This document shows, in pieces, positions 48,001 to 57,795 of a DNA stretch of 64,000 nt. The position numbers and the translations under genes are program-made. Positions within the stretch are counted from its first letter, which is position 1. Each line of letters begins with the position of its first letter. The DNA is from Acidimicrobiia bacterium (GTDB lineage Bacteria > Actinomycetota > Acidimicrobiia > Spongiisociales > ZC4RG35): positions 2,208,001 through 2,272,000 of the forward strand of contig CBDBCY010000004.1 of the NCBI GenBank assembly GCA_965203555.1, written 5' to 3'. The notes below the pieces were generated by a model, which worked only from the letters and a program-made list of their open reading frames with translations, did not search any database and was not told where the DNA came from.

Positions 48001-49424
48001 GGGTCTCGGTAAAGCTGGTGTCCGAGCCTGGTGTGGGGACCATTGCCGCCGGAGTGGTCAAAGCCCAAGCCGATGTGGTGCTCATCTCCGGCGCCGAGGG
48101 AGGAACCGGCGCCTCGCCGCTTGAATCCATAAAGCACGCGGGTTCTCCCTGGGAACTGGGATTGGCGGAAGCACATCAGACATTGATGGCCAACGGACTG
48201 CGGGAAGGAGTACGGTTGGAGACCGATGGAGGGTTGCGGACCGGACGGGATGTGGTGATCGCCGCCTTGCTGGGAGCTGATCGCTTCGGGTTCGGGACTT
48301 TGCCTCTACTGGCGTTGGGCTGCAAGATGGTGCGGCAGTGCCATCTGAACACCTGTCCGGTGGGTATAGCCACCCAACGAGAAGATCTGCGGGCCAAGTA
48401 CACCGGGAAGGTGGAGCAGGTGGTGGCGGTCTTCGAGCTATTGGCCGAGGAAGTGAGGCGTTACCTGGCCCTATTGGGCGCTCGACGCCTGGGGGAAGTG
48501 GTCGGACGGTCGGATCTGCTGGCACCGGTGGACCATTCCCTGGCTGCCAGTCTCGGCCCTCTGCTGGTGCGATCCGATGCTCGGCGACGACATCCGGGAT
48601 TCCGGGTGTTCAGAGTTTCCAATCTGTCCCGGCGGCTGGCCGAGGAGGCCGAGGAGGCAATCGAGACTGCCACCCCGATTCGCCTCTCCTACCCCATCTC
48701 CAATACGGATCGAACGGTTGGGGCTCGCCTGTCGGGGATGGTGACCGACCGGTGGGGAGAGAAGGGTTTGGAGGAGGACTGTGTCTCGGTGACACTTTCG
48801 GGAACGGCGGGACAGAGTTTCGGTGCATGGCTGGCGCCGGGCATCTCCCTACGACTGGACGGAGTGGCCAACGATTACGTGGGCAAGGGTATGGGAGGCG
48901 GCAGGATTGTAGTGGCGCCGCGGCGCAGCCCACACCATCCCGACGCCTCGGTCCACGCCGCCGGCAATGCCGTGTTGTACGGCGCCACCGGAGGGATGCT
49001 GTTCATTTCGGGAACCGTGGGACAGCGGTTTGCGGTCCGGAATTCGGGAGGAACCGCGGTGGTGGAGGGCTGCTCTGACCACGGATGCGAATACATGACC
49101 GGGGGGAGGGTAGTGATTCTCGGTCCGGTCGGAGGCAACTTCGCGGCGGGAATGACCGGGGGGGTGAGTTACGTATGGGATCCGGAATTCCGGCTTCAGG
49201 GTTTTTTGGCCGATACCTCTCCGGCGGTGCGCCGACCAACCAGCCAGGACCAGGAAAACATTCGTGACCTGGTACTGCTCCATCTCCAACACACCAACAG
49301 CCCGGTTGCAAGGCAGGTCTTGGAATGGTGGTCGCGAGAGGCAAGTCGTTTCTGGGTCTTGGAGGCCGCCCGCCGGGTCCCGCTCGGTCCCACGCAGCCA
49401 CTGGTGGCGTCGGTCCGTCCCTGA
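45033..49424 (+). CDS. gltB: Glutamate synthase large subunit
   Basis: DACGVG amidotransferase start, HQRYSTNT, HNGEINT, AQGSKPGEGGQLPG, CKMVRQCHLNTC, GXGXG domain; 1463 aa. Confidence 0.98.
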   Translation: MEKSGLVNKPGHRFHHDACGVGLIAARNRTPSFGMTRLAVECLVRLDHRGARTADGTGDGAGILTQVPHRLLRRHLTGIGISPPERLGVVMAFLPARDTEAGEEVVTDALAQEGISFLAWRSVPNDPEVLSPRARGLMPVIRQALVEVPEYLDSEEFERRMLLARKRMEREGEGLESFSIPSASAGTVVYKGLFTAKRISDFYWDLMDPDFETSFAIFHQRYSTNTSPAWEIAQPFRSLAHNGEINTISANRSWIKGRERNARSEIWGDRLKDLRPFVQAGLSDSASLDNVFEILLRSGRSLAHVKEMLIPPALDRSFTLKSEIQDFYEYHASLTEPWDGPAAVAVTDGISLLAGMDRNGLRPARWTITPDILIVASEAGVCPAEEAKAERTGQLGPGEALLFDGRSGEIRFSDEIRSELSQLHPYGEWTQHQTLYVQKPFSAQVRFELEHERLCRVFGYTAEERRLILTEMALGKSPLGSMGNDTPLAAFSGRPRRLSHYFHQLFAQVTNPPMDPIREKAVMSQRTYLGGRGSFLEDTYRPFARIELMSPVLSLAELETVVRSGDSRLFSHWIPCVWPVTEGRGGMKRRLDEICEEAVQATEQGASIIVLSDREVDADHAPTPMMLAVGAVHKRLIETGLRLQVSIVAVSGETRDSHDLACLVAYGASAVNPYLAIREVMQMARDRVLKVNPVEAQENYRNALQNGLLKVMSKMGICTVSAYRGGELFEALGLDAEVLEYAFPNTPSRLSGRSFDHLAWNVLRLHSQYGSGVEAPGGFYKQRGRGEFHVTSPSVVLALQKAARAGDHHNWDRYLQTIQRRPVTHIRDLLTFVERTPVLLSEVEPAEEIMRRFVTSAMSHGALSKEAHEALAQAMTLIGGNSNSGEGGEGTDRYDTPRNSSIKQVASGRFGVTPGYLHSASELQIKMAQGSKPGEGGQLPGHKVSPEIARLRHTKPGVTLISPPPHHDIYSIEDLAQLIYDLKTFKPSVRVSVKLVSEPGVGTIAAGVVKAQADVVLISGAEGGTGASPLESIKHAGSPWELGLAEAHQTLMANGLREGVRLETDGGLRTGRDVVIAALLGADRFGFGTLPLLALGCKMVRQCHLNTCPVGIATQREDLRAKYTGKVEQVVAVFELLAEEVRRYLALLGARRLGEVVGRSDLLAPVDHSLAASLGPLLVRSDARRRHPGFRVFRVSNLSRRLAEEAEEAIETATPIRLSYPISNTDRTVGARLSGMVTDRWGEKGLEEDCVSVTLSGTAGQSFGAWLAPGISLRLDGVANDYVGKGMGGGRIVVAPRRSPHHPDASVHAAGNAVLYGATGGMLFISGTVGQRFAVRNSGGTAVVEGCSDHGCEYMTGGRVVILGPVGGNFAAGMTGGVSYVWDPEFRLQGFLADTSPAVRRPTSQDQENIRDLVLLHLQHTNSPVARQVLEWWSREASRFWVLEAARRVPLGPTQPLVASVRP

Positions 49425-49502
49425 GCAGGGAATTCGCGGATGCGACATCTCCCGCGGGGTGGTACCATTTGAAAGACCAACGGTCATTGGTGAAAGAGGT
49501 GA

Positions 49503-50918
49503 GTGGTGGCAACCGTCGATATTGATTTGGGCGCCTACAAGCTGGGATGGCATGATTCCGAGGAAGACTATGTCTTCAAGCCCCAGAAGGGGCTGTCGGA
49601 GGAGATCATCCGACAGATGTCGGCCATGAAAGAAGAGCCGGAGTGGATGCTTAAATTCCGGTTGCGGGCCTACAAGCGATTCCAGGCCAGGCCTATTCCC
49701 ACTTGGGGTGGGGGAGGCTTGCTCGACGAGATCGACTTTGACAACATCTACTACTACGTCAAACCCACCGAGGAGCAGGCCGACACTTGGGACATGGTTC
49801 CCGAGGAGATCAAGGACACCTATGAGAAGTTGGGGATTCCGGAGGCGGAGCGTAAGTTCCTGGCCGGGGTGACCGCTCAGTACGAGTCGGAGGTCGTGTA
49901 CCACCGCAACCGGGACGACCTTGAGGAAATGGGTGTGCTGTTCTGCGACATGGACACCGCGGTCCGCGAATACCCCGACCTGGTGCGAAAGTACTTCGGG
50001 ACAGTCATTCCGCCCAACGACAATAAGTTCGCTGCCCTCAATTCGGCGGTTTGGTCGGGCGGTTCTTTCATCTACGTGCCCCCGGGTGTGCATGTGGAAC
50101 AACCGCTTCAGGCCTATTTCCGCATCAACTCCGAGAACATGGGCCAATTCGAGCGGACCCTGATCATTGTTGACGAGGGCGCCTACTGCCACTACGTGGA
50201 AGGTTGCTCGGCGCCGCTGTACACCACCGATTCGCTCCACTCGGCAGTGGTGGAGATCGTGGTGCTGCGCGGAGGCCGGTGTCGCTACACCACCATCCAG
50301 AACTGGTCGAACAACGTGTTCAACCTGGTCACCAAACGAGCCGCCGCCTACGCCGACGCCACCATGGAATGGGTCGACGGCAATTTAGGATCGAGGCTTA
50401 CTATGAAGTATCCGGCGGTCTGGTTGATGGAGCCGGGCGCCCACGGGGAGGTACTGTCGATCGCCTTCGCCAATTCGGGCCAGCACCAGGATGCGGGGGC
50501 CAAGATGGTGCATGTCGCCCCCGACACCACGTCCACCATCGTTTCCAAATCCATCTCCCGGGCCGGCGGCCGGGCGGGATACCGGGGGCTGGTCAGAGTG
50601 GAACCGGGAGCGGAGCGGTCGAAGAGCTTCGTCCGCTGCGATGCCCTGATCCTGGACGAAGAGTCACGCTCCGACACCTATCCGTACATGGAGATCGAGG
50701 AAAACGACGCCGAAATCGGCCACGAAGCGACCGTCTCCAAGGTGGGGGAGGAGCAGTTGTTCTATTTGATGAGCCGAGGGCTCACCGAGGACCAGGCCAC
50801 ATCGATGGTGGTGGCCGGGTTCATCGAACCGATCGTGAAGGAACTCCCCATGGAGTATGCGGTCGAGATGAACCGGCTCATCGAGTTGAACATGGTGGAG
50901 GCAGGCGCCATCGGCTGA
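49503..50918 (+). CDS. sufB: Fe-S cluster assembly scaffold SufB
   Basis: [47 protein letters not shown]. Confidence 0.97.
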   Translation: MVATVDIDLGAYKLGWHDSEEDYVFKPQKGLSEEIIRQMSAMKEEPEWMLKFRLRAYKRFQARPIPTWGGGGLLDEIDFDNIYYYVKPTEEQADTWDMVPEEIKDTYEKLGIPEAERKFLAGVTAQYESEVVYHRNRDDLEEMGVLFCDMDTAVREYPDLVRKYFGTVIPPNDNKFAALNSAVWSGGSFIYVPPGVHVEQPLQAYFRINSENMGQFERTLIIVDEGAYCHYVEGCSAPLYTTDSLHSAVVEIVVLRGGRCRYTTIQNWSNNVFNLVTKRAAAYADATMEWVDGNLGSRLTMKYPAVWLMEPGAHGEVLSIAFANSGQHQDAGAKMVHVAPDTTSTIVSKSISRAGGRAGYRGLVRVEPGAERSKSFVRCDALILDEESRSDTYPYMEIEENDAEIGHEATVSKVGEEQLFYLMSRGLTEDQATSMVVAGFIEPIVKELPMEYAVEMNRLIELNMVEAGAIG

Positions 50919-50930
50919 CCGGGGCGGGAT

Positions 50931-51206
50931 TCAGGCCGAGTGACGGTGGCGGTTGTCACGTCCGCTCAGCAGGTTGAGCAACGCCACAAACAGTGCTGCG
51001 CCGAGAATCGCCCAGATCACCGGGAAGTCCGCCACCTCCCACAGGGTGGGCCATCCCAGCAGGCCAGCCAGCCAGGAACCCAGCAGGGAACCGATCCAGC
51101 CCAGGGCGATGGATGCCCAGCAGCCCGTCGATTGACGACCGGCCAGCCGGGCGCCGATCGCCCCGGCCAACGCCGCGATCACTACCGACAGCAGGAAACC
51201 GAACAT
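50931..51206 (-). CDS. GlsB/YeaQ/YmgE (transglycosylase-associated) small membrane protein
   Basis: MFGFLLSVVIAALAGAIGARL...IALGWIGSLLG...AILGAAL; ATG at 51206 inside the longer listed ORF. Confidence 0.85.
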   Translation of the reverse strand: MFGFLLSVVIAALAGAIGARLAGRQSTGCWASIALGWIGSLLGSWLAGLLGWPTLWEVADFPVIWAILGAALFVALLNLLSGRDNRHRHSA

Positions 51207-51251
51207 GGGACATACCTTAACCCAACGGGTACCTAATCTCGGCCAATAGAG

Positions 51252-52742
51252 ATGTCTTGGCGCAGGCTCTGGGTCCGCAGGTTGCTTACCTTGATGACGC
51301 TGGGGTGGGTTCTGTGGATGCTGTGGCTGATCTTTGACGACGACCAGCCCTTCGTTCTCTATGTACTGGACCGCGACGGCCTGGGATTGGGGGATGTCAC
51401 CGTACTCCGTGACGGGGAGGTGGTGAAAGTCACCGACCTTGAGGGATCGGTTGAGCTCGATTGGGCGCCGCACGGGCGGCGGTATGTGCTGGTGTCCCCC
51501 GGCCACCTACCGAAAACGGTTACGGTGGCCGGCCCGCCCCAGGACTCGATGGTGGTCCATCTCCGACCGAGAACGCTGCGGGGCAGGGTGACGGACTCGA
51601 ATCTGGTTCCGGTGGAGGGAGCTCTGGTCAGCGCCGGATCGACCAGGACTTTCACGGACGCGGACGGTTATTTCTTGTTGGAGAAGGTGGAGGAGGGTGA
51701 GGTGGAAGTGACCCGTCCGGCTTGGATCCCCACCTCCTACCAATGGGACGGGGGTCCCGGTGACGCACAGTTGACAATCGAACCCCTGGTAATCAGAGCG
51801 GCTCATGTTTCGGGAGAAGTTGCCGGAGACCGGCTGAAGTGGGACGCGATGGTCAGGTTGGTGCAAGATTCGGAACTGAACGGTGTGATGCTGGACATCA
51901 AGGACGAAACGGGACAGGTCTTTTATAACTCTCAAGTGGAATTGGTCCGGCAGGTGAGGGCCGTGAATCCTCAATACGACCTGGCCGGGCTTGCGGATCA
52001 ACTGGAACGGTTGGACATCTATTTGATCGGGAGAATCGTGGCTTTCCAAGACCCCATCGCCAGCATCAGAGCGCCCACCAGCGCAGTGTGGGACTCATAC
52101 CTGGGGCAGCCGTACCGACAGGGTGATCAGTATTTTTTGGATCCCACAGATTCTCAAGCTCGCGCCTATGCCTTGGCCTTGGCTGTGGAGGTGTGTGAAC
52201 TGGGGGTGGATGAGATCCAGTTCGACTACATTCGCTTCCCCGACTCCCGGCGGCCATCCGCCACTTTCGATGGACCGATCGACCCCGATTCCCGGGTGGA
52301 GACCATCACTTCCTTCCTGGAGGAGGCCCGCGCCCTGCTCTGGCCGATGGGTTGTGCAGTGGCGGCCGACATCTTCGGGTTCCTGACTACCGTGCCCGAT
52401 GACGGCGGAATCGGGCAACAGTGGGAGAGAATCACCGAGGTGTTGGATGTCGTGTCTCCCATGTTGTACCCCAGCCACTACGACGATGGGTGGTATGGAT
52501 TCGACCGGCCCAATGATCATCCGGGCGGTGTGGTGAAGTCCGCCCTCGAGGACGCGGTGGCGAGGATGCACACCGCAGTGGTCATCCGTCCCTGGCTCCA
52601 GGACTTCGGTCATCGGGACGACCAGGTTCGGTCTTCGATCAACGCGGCGGAGGATTTCGATCTCGGCTGGATGCTGTGGAATCCGGTCAGCGAGGTGTCG
52701 GTGGGAGCGCTCAAGTCCAATAGTGAAGAGACCGGCGGCTGA
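51252..52742 (+). CDS. Membrane-anchored putative glycoside hydrolase (DUF4015-like) with N-terminal beta-sandwich domains
   Basis: LDIKDETG, GRIVAFQDP, DEIQFDYIRFP, GIGQQWE, SPMLYPSHY, RPWLQDF. Confidence 0.85.
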   Translation: MSWRRLWVRRLLTLMTLGWVLWMLWLIFDDDQPFVLYVLDRDGLGLGDVTVLRDGEVVKVTDLEGSVELDWAPHGRRYVLVSPGHLPKTVTVAGPPQDSMVVHLRPRTLRGRVTDSNLVPVEGALVSAGSTRTFTDADGYFLLEKVEEGEVEVTRPAWIPTSYQWDGGPGDAQLTIEPLVIRAAHVSGEVAGDRLKWDAMVRLVQDSELNGVMLDIKDETGQVFYNSQVELVRQVRAVNPQYDLAGLADQLERLDIYLIGRIVAFQDPIASIRAPTSAVWDSYLGQPYRQGDQYFLDPTDSQARAYALALAVEVCELGVDEIQFDYIRFPDSRRPSATFDGPIDPDSRVETITSFLEEARALLWPMGCAVAADIFGFLTTVPDDGGIGQQWERITEVLDVVSPMLYPSHYDDGWYGFDRPNDHPGGVVKSALEDAVARMHTAVVIRPWLQDFGHRDDQVRSSINAAEDFDLGWMLWNPVSEVSVGALKSNSEETGG

Positions 52743-52800
52743 GTACCGTCCCGCCTGTTCTGGTGGGGATAGCCCTGATCTCAGGTTGACTTGGCGGCGA

Positions 52801-53769
52801 TCACTCGCCGAATTCGGGTAGCACCCACTCGGCCAACCATTCCAACTGTTGCATGTAGCCGCTGAATCCCAGTCGGACATCGAGGATTACCATCTCAAGG
52901 CCCAACTCAGCGAAGGTTTCGATGGAGCGCAAACAGTCGGACCGGTCTCCCGCCACCAACAGTCCATCCAGGTCGTCGACAGTGTCGAACCCCCCCGAGG
53001 CAGGAGTCACCCAATGTCGGGCGCCCGCCGAACTGACACCCAGAGCCTTGATGTCTATGGAGTCCCTGGCCCGGCGCCGATCCGGGTCAGCCAGCACCAG
53101 AGGGATGGTTCCCAGCAGGATCTGCTTTTGCTGTTCTTCGCACAGTCGGTCAATGTATGCGAGTCGATCTTTCAAGGTGTCGATGGGAATCCGACCCGGA
53201 ATCCATCCGTCCGTGAGGGTGACCGCTCGTCGCGCGGCTGCGCGGGTGCTGCCCCCGTAAAGAAAGGGGATGGGCGCCAAGGGCTTGGGTCTGAGGGTGA
53301 AGTCCTGGAACTGGAAGATCTCTCCTTTATAGGAGACGTTGTCTTCTTGCCAGACCCGCCGACAGATATCCAGAGTTTCGCCGAGAATGGGGATACGACG
53401 ATCCTTGTCGAGCCCCGCGGCCGCGAATTCGGCCTCGTTGCTGCCAAGTCCCATCCCGGCCATAACCCGTCCGTTGGAGAGAAAACTGAGTGTTGCCAGG
53501 TTCTGGGCTAGTTTCAGGGGCCAGCGGATCGGAATCAGCACCGCGGTTCCCAGCATCATCCGGGCGGTGACCGAGGAAAGGGCCGCCAAAGTCAAAAGCG
53601 GCTCCAAGAAGGTCCGGTCTTCTCCTTCCATTTCGTGAGGCTTCCACACCAGGTGATCGCGAACCCACAGCGAATGAAAACCCATCTGTTCTATTACTGG
53701 TGCGTTGTCAATCAGCGTTTCCCTGGATGTCCACTGGCCGAAGTGCGGCGCCAGCACACCGAATTTCAT
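52801..53769 (-). CDS. Luciferase-like (LLM) oxidoreductase
   Basis: GFHSLWVRDHL, LGTAVL, GRVMAGMGLG, LRPKP, DGWIP. Confidence 0.9.
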   Translation of the reverse strand: MKFGVLAPHFGQWTSRETLIDNAPVIEQMGFHSLWVRDHLVWKPHEMEGEDRTFLEPLLTLAALSSVTARMMLGTAVLIPIRWPLKLAQNLATLSFLSNGRVMAGMGLGSNEAEFAAAGLDKDRRIPILGETLDICRRVWQEDNVSYKGEIFQFQDFTLRPKPLAPIPFLYGGSTRAAARRAVTLTDGWIPGRIPIDTLKDRLAYIDRLCEEQQKQILLGTIPLVLADPDRRRARDSIDIKALGVSSAGARHWVTPASGGFDTVDDLDGLLVAGDRSDCLRSIETFAELGLEMVILDVRLGFSGYMQQLEWLAEWVLPEFGE

Positions 53770-53829
53770 TAGCTCTCTCCTCGATATTCCCAGGCCCTCA
53801 GATCGAGGGGTCGTCCACTAATGAATCGG

Positions 53830-55266
53830 TCAAGACCGAGGCTGTAGGTAGAGGCCCGGGTGCATATCGGCAGGTCGGTCGGTGGCCGGTTTCTGGGGGA
53901 CCCCGGCGATGTACCGACCGTATCCAGGCTCTGCGGTTACCTCGCCGTCCCGGAAGATGACCGCTCCACGCAACATGGTCATCACGGGCTTGCCTATAAA
54001 GTCGCGCCCGTGGTATGGAGTCCAGTTGCTCTTGCACTCCATCTGCCCGTCTTGAGGCTGGTAGGCCAGATCGGGATCGACGATGACCAGATCGGCGTCC
54101 GATCCGGGTTGCAGCGCCCCCTTCCGTGGATAGAGGCCCAGGATCCGGGCGGGCGCCTCGGTCAGGGCGTGCACCAGCCGACTCAGACGAAGGTTTCCGG
54201 CCTGTACGTCCGACAGCATCAAAGAGAACAGGTGCTCGTAGTGCGGTGATCCGAACGGCCCGATCAACGGATCCTCCTCCATGAGGGTTAGGTCTTCCAG
54301 CAGGTGCGGAGCGTGATCAGAGTCGATGATGTCGATGACGCCGCTGTCCAGCGCTTCCCAGATGGCGGCCATCCGATCGGGGTCGGTGGTGACGGCGCCC
54401 CCCGGAATGGCCCGGGCCCCCTGGCGCTGGATGTCTTCTTCCCGCAGGTGGAAGTACTTGGGGTCGGTGGCGACCGTGACAGGAACCCCGTCGGCCTTGG
54501 CCTGGGCAAGGAGGCGCAGGCTGCCGGGAGCATGGGTGTGGACCACCTGCATCCGCATGCCGGTTTCTCTTTGCACCTCCAGCAGGATTGCCACCGCCAG
54601 CCGCCAAACGACGTCCCGGGTATAGACATCGCTGAAAGTAAAGATGTCTCCCGGTTTGCCTTTGGCAACTTCCCGGTGATAGAGGCTCTCGAAGAGGGTC
54701 TGGGCGAAGGGATGCACCACGCACAGCAAACCCGTCTCCGCAATGGCCTCAAAGGTCTCCAGCAATCGGGCGGGGTCGGCGATTGCAAGCCGCGGATCGT
54801 GAGGGTATCCGCCAGTGACCTGGAAGAACTTGAAGCCGGTCGCTCCTGCCTTGGCCATTTTGGGGATCTCTTCCAACTGGGTCGGGCCGACGAAGTGACC
54901 CCAGTCGACTACGCACAATTCGTCGGCCACCGCCCGCTTCTCTTCGAACAGTTCCACGGTCACGGTGGGGGGTTCAACATTGGGCATATCCACAAAGGTG
55001 GTGTAGCCTCCGGCCGCCGCCGCCCGAGAGGCGGTGAGAAAGTCCTCTTTCTGCTCGTACCCGGGAGAGCGGGTATGGGCGTGAAGATCGATGAGCCCGG
55101 GGAGTACCCACTTTCCTTGCGCGTCCATCTCCCGGTCAGCCGAGACAGGACTGGAAGGATCCAATAACGCGGCGACCTTTTCTCCTGAAATCAGCAGGTC
55201 GGCCTTCATTCCTCCAGAAGACGTCTGGATCGTCCCGCCCCTGATTCTGGTGGTTGTTTCGGTCAT
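53830..55266 (-). CDS. Cyclic amidohydrolase (dihydroorotase/allantoinase family)
   Basis: PGLIDLHAH, AAAGGYTT, DMPN, GFK, SDHAPH, KGALQPGSDADLV. Confidence 0.9.
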   Translation of the reverse strand: MTETTTRIRGGTIQTSSGGMKADLLISGEKVAALLDPSSPVSADREMDAQGKWVLPGLIDLHAHTRSPGYEQKEDFLTASRAAAAGGYTTFVDMPNVEPPTVTVELFEEKRAVADELCVVDWGHFVGPTQLEEIPKMAKAGATGFKFFQVTGGYPHDPRLAIADPARLLETFEAIAETGLLCVVHPFAQTLFESLYHREVAKGKPGDIFTFSDVYTRDVVWRLAVAILLEVQRETGMRMQVVHTHAPGSLRLLAQAKADGVPVTVATDPKYFHLREEDIQRQGARAIPGGAVTTDPDRMAAIWEALDSGVIDIIDSDHAPHLLEDLTLMEEDPLIGPFGSPHYEHLFSLMLSDVQAGNLRLSRLVHALTEAPARILGLYPRKGALQPGSDADLVIVDPDLAYQPQDGQMECKSNWTPYHGRDFIGKPVMTMLRGAVIFRDGEVTAEPGYGRYIAGVPQKPATDRPADMHPGLYLQPRS

Positions 55267-55434
55267 CTGCGCTGCTGTCCTTTCTTGTGCGGAATGCCGA
55301 CGGGTGGGATTCCCGCAAGTGTTACACGCAAAGCTCTACCTGCTCAAACGTCTCGAAGGGTAACTATCAGCGTCCTTCTTTGTCAATACCCTCGTATCAA
55401 GCCAGTGTGACCTACCGTTGCAATCGTACCGGTA

Positions 55435-56655
55435 TCACTCCCGGCGGAGCGGCGGCAACTGACCGATGATTCCTGCCAGGAGGGCGGCGCGGGAGACGAG
55501 ACTGTCAAGTTGGATATATTCGTTGCGGGTCATCAGGTCGCCGCCCACCGGGCCCAGCCCATCCAAGGTGGCGGCTGACGGGCTACGAAAGGAGACGCTG
55601 CCCGCTGCCGCCGACTCGAAGGCATCGATTCGGATAGACAGGTCCCTTCCCACCCGTTCCGCAATGGAAAGCAGCAGTTCGGTACCGTGGTCTGGCCGGA
55701 CCCCCGGTCGATGATTGTGGGCTAGCAGTTCCACCGTGACTCCGCAGTCCTGTTCCACGGTCCGGGCAAGGGAGCGCATGCGGGAGGTCACAGCCTCCCA
55801 ATATTCGGGACCGCGAGTCCGGATGTCCACCACTGCCGAGGCGTGAGCGGGGGTAATGCTGCGCCGTCGACCTGCCTTGGCCATTGTCACCGTGATGTAG
55901 GTGCCTTCCTCCTCATTGGTGAGACGATTGAATCCGATGACCAGTCTTGCCAGGCCGTCGAGGGCGTTGCGGCCCTGGGCGTGGGCGGACCCGGTGTGCG
56001 ATTCCCGTCCTCTCAGGATCAGTCTGCCCACGCCGATGTGTCCGCGCCCGGACATGAGCTTGCCGCCCTGGCGGGCACACTCCAGACCCAGGCACCAGTC
56101 CGCTCCCACTCCCGCCTTTTCGACGGTCTGGCGGGACCCGAGACTGCCGGCTTGTTCATCTCCGGATAGGACAACGGCGACATCGGGTAGACCTACCTCC
56201 AGGTGGCGCAGGGCCTGCAAGGCGGCGACCATCACCACCAGCCCTCCCTTCATGTCCGCCACCCCCGGGCCGAACACCTTTCCACCCTCGATTCGAAAGC
56301 CGCCGCCGGTCGGACTACCGGGCGGGAAGGCCGTGTCAAGATCTCCCAGCAGGAGAAGCCGGCCATGTTGCTCTCCCCTCCGAAATCCTGAGTGGGTGGC
56401 CCCCAATTGGCTGTATGGGATACTGGGCGACATCAGCTCCGCCAGCCAATCGAGGGACTCGGGAAGGGGACGCTGAGCAACCTCCGTGAAACAGAACCCG
56501 AGGGGGCTCAATTGCTCGATAACCAAAGAGGCGACTCTGGCTACCCCGGCGGGTTGAGCGGCGTGACTCTCGGTGACAACCAACTGCCCGAGCAATTCCA
56601 CCAATGCGGTCTGGCGCTTCTCCAGCCAGGCTTGGGCCAACGGTCCTATCTTCAT
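55435..56655 (-). CDS. M20 family (glutamate carboxypeptidase-like) protein with non-canonical metal ligands
   Basis: GDLDT, GPGVADMKGG, GDEQAGS, GRESHTG, LDGLGPVG. Confidence 0.85.
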   Translation of the reverse strand: MKIGPLAQAWLEKRQTALVELLGQLVVTESHAAQPAGVARVASLVIEQLSPLGFCFTEVAQRPLPESLDWLAELMSPSIPYSQLGATHSGFRRGEQHGRLLLLGDLDTAFPPGSPTGGGFRIEGGKVFGPGVADMKGGLVVMVAALQALRHLEVGLPDVAVVLSGDEQAGSLGSRQTVEKAGVGADWCLGLECARQGGKLMSGRGHIGVGRLILRGRESHTGSAHAQGRNALDGLARLVIGFNRLTNEEEGTYITVTMAKAGRRRSITPAHASAVVDIRTRGPEYWEAVTSRMRSLARTVEQDCGVTVELLAHNHRPGVRPDHGTELLLSIAERVGRDLSIRIDAFESAAAGSVSFRSPSAATLDGLGPVGGDLMTRNEYIQLDSLVSRAALLAGIIGQLPPLRRE

Positions 56656-56721
56656 TCCTGCCCAGATTACGTGAGGTGCCCGAATGTAGAATCCGCTCGG
56701 ACATCAAACAGGAGTGGCTGA

Positions 56722-57747
56722 ATGGCAAAAGCGACAGAGTTCGGAGTCCGGCTTCCGGTGGCAGGACCCTTGGCGAATACCGCGGACATCCGACGGTCGG
56801 CCGTGCGTTGCGAGGAGTTGGGCTACGACGCGGTTTGGGTGCACGACTTTTTGGCTTGGACCACCTTTCAGGATCGCTACCACGTCTCTTGCGGTTCCCG
56901 CGAGGCAGTGGAAGCTGCTGACTCTCCTCCCGTTTTTTTCGAATCGCTGACCAACATGGCTTTCTTGGCGGGGGTCACCAATCGGATCCGCATCGGAGTA
57001 GCGGTCCTGTGTCTTCCCTACCGGAATCCCCTGGTAGCGGCTAAGCAAGTTGCCAACATCGACCAACTGAGCAACGGTCGCGTGATTTTTGGGATCGGCA
57101 CCGGAGCCCCCAAGAGCACCCACAATGTCGATTTTGAGGTGCTGGGAATTCCCCGTAAGACGAAATATCACGTTACGAGGGACTACCTGCGGGCTATGAA
57201 GACCATCTGGACCGAGGACTATCCCTCTTACCAGGGTGAGTACTTCAGTTTTCCCGAGACCGAGATCTGGCCGAAGCCGGCGCAAAAGCCTTACCCTCCG
57301 ATCTGGACCGGTGGCCACGGACCCACCGCCATGGACATAACCGCCGAGTTTTCGACCGGGTGGATCCCGCCCTGGATCCCACCTGATGAGTACCCGGGTC
57401 GTATTCGAAACCTGGACAGGCTTGCTGTTGAGAAGGGGCGGGGAGGAACCGAATTCGATATCGCTACCGAAGTGTATGTTTCCCTGGCCGAAACCAGACA
57501 GGAGGCGGTCTCCAGCGCCCAGAAGACCCTCGGGGTCCTGACCGAAGGGTTTGATCACACGGCCACCCAAGAGGCCATCCAAGCAGCGGGATTGATCGGA
57601 AGCGCCGACGACGTTGGCGAGAAGATCGGTCGTTACGTGGAAGCAGGCGTCAACCACTACGAGATGAAGTTCGTCTATCACACGGTTGATCATCTGCTTG
57701 AACAACTCGAACACTTTGCTGCGGCGGTGGCGCCTGCCTTCCGCTAG
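56722..57747 (+). CDS. Luciferase-like (LLM) oxidoreductase, probably F420-dependent
   Basis: EELGYDAVWV, LPYRNP, DQLSNGR, PKPAQKPYPPIWTGG. Confidence 0.9.
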   Translation: MAKATEFGVRLPVAGPLANTADIRRSAVRCEELGYDAVWVHDFLAWTTFQDRYHVSCGSREAVEAADSPPVFFESLTNMAFLAGVTNRIRIGVAVLCLPYRNPLVAAKQVANIDQLSNGRVIFGIGTGAPKSTHNVDFEVLGIPRKTKYHVTRDYLRAMKTIWTEDYPSYQGEYFSFPETEIWPKPAQKPYPPIWTGGHGPTAMDITAEFSTGWIPPWIPPDEYPGRIRNLDRLAVEKGRGGTEFDIATEVYVSLAETRQEAVSSAQKTLGVLTEGFDHTATQEAIQAAGLIGSADDVGEKIGRYVEAGVNHYEMKFVYHTVDHLLEQLEHFAAAVAPAFR

Positions 57748-57795
57748 CCGGGGAGGCGATACCTGGCGGCATAACCCGGAAAGAATGCCTTACTC

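Noticed and set aside
53830-55266. Calling this gene pyrC or allB
   Set aside because: Family motifs fit both, but the context is neither pyrimidine biosynthesis nor allantoin use; substrate left unassigned.
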